DNA of 32,000 nucleotides from Mycoplasmoides pneumoniae FH (GCF_001272835.1 NZ_CP010546.1:662809-694808); one strand, 5' to 3'. Counted from the first letter of the stretch, positions 19,419 to 32,000 are shown. Made by a program: numbers and translations. Notes: a model not told the origin generated them from the sequence alone.

Positions 19419-22400
19419 TTAGTCTTCGCCAAATACCTCCTTAGCATCGGAATCGGAAAACTGATCTAATCATTCATCAGCATCAATCGAGTCCACATCA
19501 AAGCTTTCAAACACAGGGATATCCTTGGCTATGTCAATGTTCTTCGCATCTTCAGCGTTGGAACTGTGGAATACTAATCAGTTACCCTCACTGTCAAATT
19601 CCCCATCGTACCACTTTCATTCATTATCTTCATAGTAACCATAGTCTTCGTTGCCTATTAACTGCTCCCAGAACCGTGGTGCTTCACTAATCCTTGGTTG
19701 ATGATTCTGATAGTGTTCATCAACTAAGACTCATTCACCGGTCTCATCATAATAACCGTATCAGATCCATTCTCCTTTACGGTTATATCTACCATAGATT
19801 TCATCACCTATTAGATCTGTGTAATCACTTTCACGTGCCCATTCAACACTAGCATCTGGTGTTCATATTTGGTTGTCATCAAAGTAACCAGCTCATACCC
19901 ATTCCCCACTAGGTTCATAATGACCATAATTGCTATTACCAATCAATAGTTCTCAATCAAGTTGCTCTTCTTCAACGTCATCAACTACTTTTGTTGCTTC
20001 AGTTTCTGGTTGAAGTTCTGGAGCTTCAGATGTTGCCTCTACTTCCAAGGTTTCTGGCGTTACCTCCGCTTGAGCTTCTGGTTTAGTTTCAAAATCTGAA
20101 TTCAAACTTACTTTTGGCTCTGATTGAACTTCGGCTTCGAATTTAAATTCAATTTCTGATTCAGGTTGAACTTCTACTTCTGTTTCAAAATTAGGTTCTG
20201 GTTCAGACTCGAAACTTGATTCTTGTGCTAGCTCTTGTTGAACTTCAGTTTCGGATTCGAAATTAGGTTCAATTTCTGGTTCAAGCTCTACTTCTGGTTC
20301 AAAATTAGGTTCTGGTTCAGTAGTTTCAATTGATTCTGGTTCAGGAATCGTTTCCAAATCAAAGTTAGGTTCTGGTTCAGGTTGAATTTCTACTTCTGTT
20401 TCAAAGCTAGGATCAGATTCAGTATTTAACTCTGAAGTTTCAGCGTCTGCTGTTAAAACAACTTCTTCAGCATTTGCTTCTGTTTGCGCTGTAGCTGTGG
20501 ATACCCATTTGTTATCTTCATCGAAGTAACCGGTTCAAATCCAGTTTTGCTCTGCATCAAAGTAACCGTATTCACTGTTACCAATTAACGCCTCCCAATC
20601 CAGTTCAGCTTGGGCTTCAGAAGTTGCTTTTGACTCGGTTTCAATAGCTGGTTCGACTGCAACAGCTGTTGACTCTTGTTCAACTTGCGCTTCTTCAACG
20701 GTCTCTGCAGCTAATGTTGTTGAAGTTTCAACAATTGGTTCTACAGCAAGTGGTGCTTCTTCAACAACTGCTAATACTTCTGGTTCTACTGCTTTCTCAG
20801 TAACTGTAACAGTTTCAGTAACAACTGGTGCTGTTTCTAGTTGAACAGTTTCAAGCGGTTCTAAACTTACTGGTGTTTCTGTAAGTTCAACCGTTTCAAC
20901 AACTGGAGTTGATGCAACATTAGGTTCATTTGATGTTGCACTTACAACAGTTGATTCAACAAACTCGTTTTCTAAAAGTTGTTCTTCAGGTTCTACTGTT
21001 GGAATTACAACTGGTTCAAAAACTGGAGTTGATGCAAAAGTAGTTGTTTCTCTACTAGTAGTTGTGACAAACTCATTGACTAGCTCTTGCTCTTGCAACT
21101 CTATTTCTGCTACAGTTAGTGGTGCAGTGCTAGTGAGAAAATCAACTACATAATGAAACCCAGCTTGTTGGGGTTGACCGTTGTCAATCACCACCACCTC
21201 TTGAATCAGCTCGCTTTGTGGTAAGGCTGTGGTGGCTGTGGTGCCAACCGCCACTAATTCATCAATGAGGTCAGCTTCATTTAAAGCAATGTTAATTGCT
21301 TGAGAAGGGGCTTGACTAGCTGCAGCTGCTGTTTGGCTTGGTTTTTTGAAATCAAAACTTTCATTAACAAACTCAACCTTAATAATTGGTTCTTGAAACT
21401 GAATCGAACTTGATGCTGGTTGTGCTTGTACAGTAACCACTTGAGGTTGAGTGGTAGTTGTTGACGGTGCAACAAACGGCACTTCTACCATTTCCGTTTC
21501 CACTTCCGATTGGTCTAACAGTGGTGCGCTAACACTTAGCTGTTCTAGCTGAGTAGTTTGATTAAATACAGTGGTCTGCTCTTCTATGACTGGCTGTGAT
21601 GTAGAAACGGTGACAGCAGCAGTTGGTGGTGATGTTTGGTCTACTACAGTTACAGTTGGTGGTGCTGGTAATTCAATTTGTACAACAGGTGTAGTTGTAG
21701 TGGCTTTTTCAACCATTGGCAAGGTAAAGCGCACTGGGTCAGGAATCCAATTGAGTTTGGTGTCAAAGAAACCCTTCCACACCCAAATGTTGTTTTGAAT
21801 GTAACCATAGTTAGGATTACCAACCAGTGGTTTTCAAAAACAGCTATCAATCTGTTTGCGCTTAATAAAGGCAGTATGTTCTTGGGGCAGTTCCACTGTT
21901 TCTACCACTTCAAAGTAATACCAGTTTTGGTGTTGATCAAAGAAACCTAATCAAATTCAGGTGTGGTTCTTTCAAAAACCAAAACGAACATCACCAACAA
22001 AGATTTGTCAAAAGAGTTGTGCTTTTTCAAAAATCGATTCACGTTCTTGACTGTGGCGGGTGCTGGTTAGAACCTGATTCTGTTCTAAAGCAACCGGTTT
22101 TAGTTCAAATTGTTCGGTTTCAACAAGCTCACTGTTGGCATAATGTGCCAGTTGATTTTGACTAATAGCAGTTTTGCTAACAGTCTCCTCTACCGCTTTA
22201 TTATCACCCCGGTCATCGTTAATAACACTAGTACCAGCTGGTGGCACAATAAAAACACCACGCTTTTTCTCGTCAAAAAAGTCAATAGAAGATTCAACTA
22301 TCTGTTTTTTGACTTTAGAAGTACCTCTGGTAGCGGTGCTAGCTCTGGTAGTTTTATTCTTCTTAAGTACATTGGTTTTGATCTCCTCTAAGAAGGGCTT

Positions 22401-22529
22401 CTTGAGTAAATCATCGATGCTAACATCCTTATTTTTAGCTTTAGCAGTTTTCTCTTTAGACTGTTCTAAATACTTTTTGTACTGTAATGTAGTGTTCGAT
22501 GGGTTCTGTTTTTTTATCGTTTTTGGCAT
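19419..22529 (-). CDS. p200: Proline/acidic-rich cytoskeletal/gliding-associated protein P200 with EAGR boxes
   Basis: Code 4 joins track ORFs 22008..22535, 20535..21782 and 19953..20357 in one frame; MPKTIKKQNPSN...ESFDVDSIDADEWLDQFSDSDAKEVFGED*, 1036 aa; six aromatic/Gly-rich boxes. Confidence 0.92.
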
Positions 22530-22628
22530 TAACAAACATGCTTAGCACTAAATGCCTTGAGGCGTTTTGCGATTAATAAAATTTTAATTTTTAATATTAA
22601 TATAACGAACTTTATAGCGCTAGCGACA

Positions 22629-23504
22629 CTAAATTAAAGAGCCATAAGGTGACTTTTTTTGTTTAGGGTCATAAGTCCTTACAAACAATTCCACAAAGAC
22701 ATTGCAGTCATAGTACTCCAGTAGTTTTTGACGCATTTGCATCCCGATCTTTTTCACCATTTGGGCATTACGGCCAATAATAATTTTTTTTTGACTAAGT
22801 TTAGGCACACTAATGGAAAGGTGTAGCTTCAACAGGTTTTTAGCTTGATCAAAACTCTTATCGACAATCTCTAGCCTTACTACATGGGGAATTTCTTCGC
22901 TGCAGTACTTAATGATCTGTTCGCGCAGCGCTTCTAAAATCTTAAAGTTATCAGTGTCAGCATCTAAAAATTCAACATCTTTACGAAACTCATTTGCTTG
23001 TAGTTTCACTTCGTTAAACTGGTTTCAAAAAGAAGTGGCATCAAAATGAAGCAGATCAGTTTCCAGTACTGCTTGCGGTTTAAAATCGAGCACAATTGCT
23101 TGCTTGTCCTCCGCTTGCAAAACAACATCAAAGAAGTTATTAATTAACAAAACACGAGTTAAATCACGGTAACGCTTTAACGGTTGTAATTGCGTTTGTA
23201 ACAAGGGTAACTTTTGCTGTTGATCACTGCGCACCACTAACAACAAGACATCTATCCCACTTAAAGCCTTGCGAATCTCTTGACTAATTAACTCATAGGA
23301 GCTGTGACGTTTTTCACTAAAGCCAGGAACATCAATGAAGGTAATGTTTTGCTTTTCATGGGTAATAGTATTAGTGCTAACCGCCAACAACGTAGTGTTG
23401 TTCATAGGTGAAACCAACAAGTTATTCGCTTTGTGTAATTGGTTAACGAGAGTTGATTTACCAGCGTTGGTTAGACCTAAAACACCAATTCTTATCGATT
23501 CCAT
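22629..23504 (-). CDS. era: Era-like GTPase
   Basis: G1 [20 protein letters not shown]3 [13 protein letters not shown]-terminal KH domain [21 protein letters not shown]; joined through TGA 23025. Confidence 0.87.
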
Positions 23505-23956
23505 AGTTTTAAAACGGTTTCATGAATTTCATCTTGAAAAAACATCGTTACACTTTCAAAGGCCAGACTTTGCTCATGGTCAAACTCAAACAGGTGTAGC
23601 AAACCATGGATTAAGTTGCGTGTTAGTAAAAACCAAGGTGTGCAACCAAACTGCTTGGCCTGCTTAAAGATGTGTTTGGGACACAAAAAGATTTCACCAA
23701 TGGCTGGTGAAAACCCCGCCTCATTTTCGTTGTAACAGATGCTAATCACATCAGTTACCCCTTTGCGGTTGAGAAACTGCCGGTTTAAGCGCTTCATCTT
23801 TCATGGTGAAACAATCATAAGCGCAAATTCTGGTTGAAAAGAAAGCTGCAAGCTGTCTTTAATAATTTGCAAACAAAGCTCGATGCCAGCTTCAAAGTTT
23901 TTGCCAAAAAAGCGCTTAAACAAGTAGTTAGAGTTAATACTAAAAGACGGTTTCAA
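23492..23956 (-). CDS. ybeY: Endoribonuclease YbeY (rRNA maturation), start uncertain (putative TTG)
   Basis: KGVTDVISI and zinc motif [14 protein letters not shown]; code-4 extension upstream [36 protein letters not shown]. Confidence 0.8.
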
Positions 23957-24329
23957 ACAGCGCTTTGGACGGTAAAAGAATCGTAATATTATACCAACCT
24001 TGTTTTAAGTTAATACTTAAATTAACCGCTTGAAAAAGCTGTTGCTGGTTTTCATTTTCTAGCTGCTCTAGGGAAATTTTCTTTTTGTAAAGTCGAAAAG
24101 CTTTCTTATCTTCCTTTTTAGTTGTTTCTGCTTGAAAATTAGTTCAAGATACCTGGTTAAACTGGGCTTCATCCTGCTCGTTTTTAAAAACTAAAAAGGT
24201 TTGTTCAGACAATTTTGCCCATAAGCTTGTAGTTAGGTATCGTTGTACCTTAACCGTAAATAAGATGGCAACGGCTGTTAAGAATAAAACAAAGAAAGCT
24301 AGAGTTAGGCCAATAATTTTTTGCTTCAT
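23940..24329 (-). CDS. Small membrane-anchored protein of unknown function
   Basis: MKQKIIGLTLAFFVLFLTAVAILFTVKVQRYL...[69 protein letters not shown]; 129 aa via TGA 24144. Confidence 0.7.
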
Positions 24330-24330
24330 A

Positions 24331-26309
24331 TTATGTCTGCTGTAAATAAGGACTGAGGTTAATTAGGTCTTGCTCACTGTTTACAAAGCGTAAATCGTGT
24401 TCGACCATCAGAACAAAGTTGTTATAGGTCAACGGTTTGATCAAAAGCTGATACACGCGCGGTTTGAGCTCCGTGGCAATGGCGTTGAGTGTTTCATCTA
24501 ACAAAATCACCTTGTCTTTGAGGTTTTGTAATAAGAACAGTTGCAAGATCTGTTTTTGTCCTGAACTTAACTTAATCTGGTTGTGGATGCCGGTGTCGGC
24601 TAACAGCTGGTATACTTGGGGATTTTTACAGTTTAACAAGGCTTCACTGTAAAGTCAGTAATGTCGTTGTAGGCCGTTAACTGCCCCGTTAAATAGTAAA
24701 CGTTGTGAAACAGTTGGCTTGCACTAAAATCCTTTAGGTCTAATTCATCCAACTTAATTTGACCCTGGTATGACAAACCTCGACCAGTCAGAATTTTCAG
24801 CAAGGTACTTTTACCGCTACCATTCTCACCACTAATAACCATGCCATTAGTTAAATTCAGGTTGAGGTTAGCCAAATCGAGATTTTGGTTCAGAGTGATA
24901 CTACAGTTGTTTAAGTTAATCACTTTGGGACACTTCCAACTGACCTTGAAATTGCAATCATTAACCTTGTCTTCAAACAAGGTAACTAGTTTGTCCTTAC
25001 AGAACTGGTACAGGTTAACTGCTGCACCAAACTGGATGATTCTCGTGGCATAAGCGGAAAACAATGCCTGAATGGAAAAGATATAAAAGAGAAAGGCTAA
25101 GGTGTAGCGCTGTTCAATAATGCCAATAATGCCCAAGGCCAAAATTAAAAAGTCAAATACCTGTTGGGCAAAACTTTTAACACCATCACTCGCTAAGTGG
25201 TTCACTTCCTTTTGATTACTAATGTTTTGGTTTTTAATAAGTGCTTTGCGCAACTGCATCATTAAGTAATTGAAGCGCTTGCCGTTTTGTTCATCACGCA
25301 AATTGCCATCTAACTGCAAACTGACCTTGTTTTGTAACTCCATTTGCGGAATTGCTTGCTTCGTAATCCGTTTAGTGAAAAAGAAGTCATAAAGAAAAAT
25401 GGCACAATTCACCACAATTTGGGCAATTGCTATCCATAAGAACTCCATTTGGTTAATACCAATTAAGGTGCCAATAATTAAAGCTACTGTACAGCTAATA
25501 ATTAAGTTAGGAATATGGACATTAAAGAAGGACAACACTTCCTTGAGGTAAAACTGACGCTCGGTTAATTGGTTAGGTGATTTATTGCTAAAGTAGACAA
25601 AACTCTTGGTTTGTAATGTTTGCATAATTCAACCCAAATAGCCCCGATACTGCTTTCAAAACAAAACATTACGCACCATTTGCAACAAGGCATACAAAAG
25701 TAAGTACAAGCCTTTTAAAACTAAAAAGAAAACCACAAAAACGACAATGTTAACTGATGTCCCAAAGTCAACGGTGTTGGCAATCATCGTTTTAGAGGCC
25801 GTTGCTAAAAGTGTTGAAATGCCAATAATGATTAGTTCAATGAAGACATAGAAAATAATCAGGTTTAAATCAAAGAAGTGCTTAAAGAAATTGCGCTTAT
25901 TAATGGGCGGAATTTCTTTAAATGATTTTTGCACTGTAGCGGCATAACCAGTTCACTGTTTCTTTAATTCTTCATCATTTAAAAGATATTTCCCTTTAGC
26001 GGGGTCAAATACTTCCCAGAGATTATCTTGTTTTTTATGCACCACCACAAAATGCTTAGGGAAGTGGACAATAAAGTATTTACCCTCTAGTTGTTTGAGC
26101 TCTTCTAGGGTTAGCTGGTAACTAGCAATTTCGAGACCAAACTTCTTGCCATAGGTCTCTAGTTCAAAGAAACTCAAACCACTAGCTGGTAGGTTAATTT
26201 GTTCCAACAGTTCATCATGGGCATACTTATCCTCATGCAGTTCATTGGCTAACATGCCAAGCACACAAATGCCACATTCGTTGGGTTGTTCTTGATAAAT
26301 AATTTTCAT
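24331..26309 (-). pseudogene. Bacteriocin-type ABC exporter with N-terminal peptidase C39 domain (PCAT/LcnDR3-like), interrupted by an apparent frameshift at ~24636-24723
   Basis: C39: YQEQPNECGICVLGML...HFVVVHKK...FDPAKG; TM domain; Walker A GENGSGKSTL; signature LSSGQKQ; Walker B KVILLDE; H-loop VEHD. Track ORFs 25953/25656/24633 share one frame and 24331..24639 is in another; total 1979 nt. Confidence 0.82.
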
Positions 26310-26412
26310 GGGGCTTTATCACTTACATAAATGACCCAATGAGGCTAAGGTGCCAATAAAAAAAGGGCTGTACTACTACAACCCTTCTTTTATCTGCTTA
26401 TTGAAAGCCTGT

Positions 26413-27750
26413 TTATTCCTTTGCTTGCTGCGCAGCACGTTCGTATAAAGTACGTACTAAAACCCCTTGACCAAGATCTTGAATCGAAGCTGTGGATGCA
26501 ATATCACAGTGGATCAAAGGTACCCCTTCCCTAAATTCAGCTAAGAAACATGCCGCCCGGGATGAACCTGCTCCCTTAACACTAGTGGAGTTTTGTAAGT
26601 CCGCTAGTTTTGATTCCAATGGTTTTAGGTAATCCGGGTGCATTGGCAAGCGTCATACCGGTTCGCCTGCACAGCAAGCTGCTTTTTTAAAGGCATCCCA
26701 TGCCATGTCACAGGTACTAAAGATCCCGGTGTAAGTGGTACTTAAGATGTAAGACATTAAACCGGTTAAGGTAGCGACATCAATAATTTGGGTAGCTTTA
26801 AGATCCTTAGCAGCATAGCTAATGGCATCGGCTAACACCAAGCGACCTTCAGCATCGGTATTGTCAATTTCAACCGTTTTACCATTGTAAGCGGTTTGGA
26901 TGTCATCAGGGCGTTGTGCGTGGGGACCTGGTAGGTTTTCTGTTAAAGCAGCTACTGCTACTACATTGGTTTTCACCTTGTTTTTCGCTAAGGCCAACAC
27001 GGTGGAACACACAATAGCTGCCCCACTCATGTCGTACTTCATACCACGCATGTAGTCACCGGTCTTAATGTTCATCCCACCCGAATCATAGGTAATGCCC
27101 TTACCAACTAAAGCTAAAGTTTCACTGCTCTTCTTATTATTGTTATAGGAAATTACTAGTAAACGCGCTTCACGTTCCGAACCCTTGTTAACCCCTAACA
27201 GTAAGCCCATCTTCTTTTTGATGAGATCAGCTTGCTTTAAAACGGTAATCTTAACACCTAAACCAGTAGCCGCCTTTTCAAAGCGCTTCACAAATTCCTC
27301 TGGGTAGAGTTGGTCAGAGGGGGTGTCTTGGAGTTGACGCGCCATGTTGACATAGTTACCCACTACCTCGTATTCTTTAATGAGGCTCGTGTGTTCGCTG
27401 TCACACTTCACTGCTACTTCCACATTCTTTTGTGGTTCGGTCTTCATGGTGAAAGGTGTTGTTTCACAGAAGGTAATGCTAGCTACCACTACCTTTAATG
27501 CTGTTTTGTAACAGAGGTTTTCTGCTTTGTAGAGTTCCACAAAACTGTCTAAGTCCACGTTTAGTTGGTTCTTTTGCGTTTTCAAAAAGGTAACTAGAGC
27601 GCGGTTGAAAGCGGGGAAATCAGTCGGAATTTTTACGCCAAATTCAATTTGGCCTTCAACACACTTAGTCTTACAGCAATCACTCTTGCCGTACTTATCG
27701 GACTTTTTAAAAACAACCGTCTTGCTGTCAAATAACTTATTTAATTTCAT
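26413..27750 (-). CDS. pepA: Cytosol (leucyl) aminopeptidase, M17
   Basis: LVGKGITYDSGGMNIKTGDYMRGMKYDMSGAA, NTDAEGRLVLADA, HPDYLKPLESKLADLQN; 445 aa, TGA 26653 read as Trp. Confidence 0.93.
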
Positions 27751-27763
27751 CTTTAATTTTTAC

Positions 27764-29748
<1,985 letters not shown>

Positions 29749-29810
29749 ACCGTCAATATTCTACCAATTATTAACAATTAGCAGTTAAATGCTTAAAGTG
29801 CAAATAAAAA

Positions 29811-29848
29811 TAATTTAGCAACACTACCGAAATAGTGCTGCTAAATTA
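29811..29848 (-). terminator. Strong hairpin between the MPN575-like gene and groES; possible rho-independent terminator or groESL leader element
   Basis: TAATTTAGCA-A-CACTA [CCGAAA] TAGTG-C-TGCTAAATTA: 16-nt arms with one mismatch and a 6-nt loop, followed on the minus strand by TTTTTATTTG. Confidence 0.55.
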
Positions 29849-29935
29849 GCGTGCCTGATTTATTTACTAGTAGATTAAGCGTTTATTGCCAATAAGGCAC
29901 TCAACCTTGTATATGTGGTTAGTAATTAAAACTAA

Positions 29936-30322
29936 TTAAGAGTTATTTTCTTTTGGAAGTGGCAGACTAGCATCAAGCACACCGAAAGCAATTAACATGA
30001 CTACGGCCACTAACAACAATAAGCTACCGACAACAAAGAAAGCAACAAATAGATTTTTCGTTTTTGCATGAGCGGGACTACCCACTTCAGCGTGTTTGTG
30101 CTTATGTAGGAAGATGCCACCCAACAAACAACTCAAGAAACCAATGATTAACAACAAAATAACTAAAAGGCTAATTCCACCAGCAATTTGGAAAATGTTA
30201 CTCGTTATTCCTTCGGCTTCATTGAAACCAGGAGTTTTACCACTAGAATTCTGGGAACCAAGCATTTGCTTTTGGAAGAAACGCGTAATAAAAGGAAAGC
30301 TTAAAGCTAAATTTTGCAGCAT
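29936..30322 (-). CDS. Hypothetical membrane protein (two predicted TM helices)
   Basis: 128 aa MLQNLALSFPFITRFF...IFQIAGGISLLVILLLIIGFLSCLLGGIFLHKHKHAEVG...NLFVAFFVVGSLLLLVAVVMLIAFGVLDA... Confidence 0.75.
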   Translation of the reverse strand: MLQNLALSFPFITRFFQKQMLGSQNSSGKTPGFNEAEGITSNIFQIAGGISLLVILLLIIGFLSCLLGGIFLHKHKHAEVGSPAHAKTKNLFVAFFVVGSLLLLVAVVMLIAFGVLDASLPLPKENNS

Positions 30323-30755
30323 GAAAAATATTTGTTTGGAAATAACAAATACTTAAAACAACTAAAAAACCAATGCTGACAGTAGTAACGTTAACGCTAG
30401 TTAATCTATCGTATCTTGGTTAGGAAATTTAATTGAAAAACTACCACAAACTTTTCAACACCCATTAAAGGCTTAAAAAGTTTCAACAATAAAAACTAAA
30501 AACTCTACGCCATCACTGGCATAACAGGAAAATTTAATTTTTAAGCCTAATGCTAATTTCTTTTAAACCCTAAAAAATTAATTGGACTCGCTAATGAAAA
30601 CGGTTTTAACTCGATAATCTAATGGTTTTATTACCTCTAAAGTGACCAAGCTTCTAATGGTTTTGAACTGTTTATTTCAATAAAAAATCACAGCATCTTT
30701 TAATGAGTGAAGTGATTTTTTTAAATGCTGTATGTTTAGTAAATTAAGTAGTTAT

Positions 30756-31976
30756 CTAATACTCCAATCCCTTATACAACGGAAAACGTTCTAACAGTTT
30801 TAAAACCGCTTTTTTTACTTCTTTAATAACTTTCTTATTACCGTCAGATTTAATAATCTTGTCAATTAAGGCAGCAACATAAAGGAAGTGCTTTTCCTTA
30901 AAGCCACGAGTAGTCATGGCAGGTGTACCAATACGAATACCGGAAGGATTTATGGCAGGATTCTTATCGAAAGGAACCGTGTTCATGTTCAACACAATGT
31001 TGGCTTGTTGCAATCATTGTGAAACATCTTTACCCTTACCGACATCAAGCGAGAACAAGTGGGTATCAGTTCCGTTAGAAATGACGCGGTAACCTTGTTG
31101 TTTGAACCAACTAGCCATGCTCGCTGCATTGGTCTTAACGTTTTGGATGTACTGCTTGTATTTTGGTTGTAAAGCTTCTTTAAAACAAACATACTTAGCC
31201 GCAATTACGTGCTGTAAGGGACCACCTTGACAACCCGGAAAGACACCGCTGTCCAATTTGCGAATAATCGCTTCGTTATTGGACATAATTAACCCTCCCC
31301 GTGGACCGCGCAGTGTTTTGTGGGTAGTAGATGTAACCACATCAGCGTAAGGTAAGGGATTGGGGTGCAAGCCAGCTGCTACCAATCCCGCAATGTGGGC
31401 AATGTCCGCTAAAAGGTAAGCACCAACTTCTTTCGCAATTGCACTAAAGCGCTCAAAGTCAACGGTTCTCGAGTAATTGGAAAAACCGCAGATAATTAGT
31501 TTAGGTTTTACCTCCCGAGCAACACGTAGCACCTCATCATAGTCCAACATCTCGGTTTCGGGGTTGATGGTGTAGGAATAAGGCTGGTACTGTTTACCCG
31601 AAAAGTTAAATTTATTACCGTGAGTTAAGTGCCCACCACAGTTAAGGTCAAGCCCTAAAATGGCATCGCCAGGTTTAAGTAGAGCTAAGTACACGGCATA
31701 GTTAGCAGAAGAACCGGAGTGCGGTTGCACATTCGCTCACTTCGCACCAAATAATTCCTTACAGGTATTAATGGCTAAGCTCTCTGATTCATCAACTACC
31801 TCACAACCTTCATAAAAGCGTCTAGTAGGATAACCCTCAGCGTACTTATTGGTCAAAATGGAACCAGTGACCTCTAGGATGTCCCTACTCACATAGTTCT
31901 CTGATGCTATTAAACAAATGCAATCTCTTTGTCTTTGCAATTCCTTATTGAGGATTCTTCTAATCTTTGGTTCCAT
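30756..31976 (-). CDS. glyA: Serine hydroxymethyltransferase
   Basis: Three track ORFs joined through TGA; [58 protein letters not shown] (PLP Lys); 406 aa. Confidence 0.97.
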
Positions 31977-32000
31977 GGTCTTACTAATTTACTTTAATTT

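Noticed and set aside
19419-20600. CRISPR or tandem DNA array in the repetitive Glu/Pro region
   Set aside because: Repeats are imperfect, remain in frame and encode a continuous low-complexity protein linker; there is no repeat-spacer regularity or cas gene.
22174-22545. Plus-strand 123-aa ORF antisense to the P200 N-terminus, plus other plus-strand ORFs (e.g. 2823..3227, 4912..5325, 12675..13040, 21678..21950)
   Set aside because: All lie opposite strongly supported coding frames, have no recognisable domain and mirror the codon composition of the sense gene.
23498-26310. Complete bacteriocin biosynthesis locus
   Set aside because: Only the exporter and one small membrane protein are present. 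No GG-leader precursor, immunity protein or modification enzyme could be identified, so only the exporter is claimed.
29811-29848. Canonical CIRCE/HrcA operator upstream of groESL
   Set aside because: Consensus TTAGCACTC-N9-GAGTGCTAA is not matched: arms differ and the spacer is 6 nt. Reported only as a hairpin of uncertain role.

Overview
This 32 kb window looks like Mycoplasma pneumoniae-type chromosome (remembered MPN547-MPN576 region; MPN numbers are from memory, not a database search). Evidence: roughly 40% GC, TGA read as Trp, P200 cytoskeletal protein with EAGR boxes, and the fakA/rluD/nrnA/thiI/.../thrS/argS/mnmG/rsmG/udk/nadE/obg/era/pepA/groEL/groES/glyA gene order. The supplied ORF track treats TGA as stop, so most genes appear fragmented. 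I rejoined them with genetic code 4 and re-derived the ends. Content: about 29 protein genes plus one tRNA-Arg(UCU). I see no CRISPR array, prophage, transposon or defence island, and no clearly undescribed multi-gene system. The most interesting items are: (i) three intact ORFs whose family catalytic residues appear lost (arginine deiminase-like, GDPD-like, HAD/Cof-like); (ii) a peptidase-C39 (bacteriocin-type) ABC exporter next to a small membrane-anchored protein, with an apparent frameshift; (iii) an apparent 1-nt frameshift in a Zn alcohol dehydrogenase; (iv) six EAGR boxes in P200; (v) recurrent 8-nt gene overlaps, expected when TGA reassignment forbids ATGA overlaps; (vi) a tRNA-Arg packed 1 nt after arcA; (vii) overlapping divergent -10 boxes between argS and mnmG; (viii) a strong hairpin upstream of groES; (ix) an Era-like GTPase with a degenerate NKxD motif.
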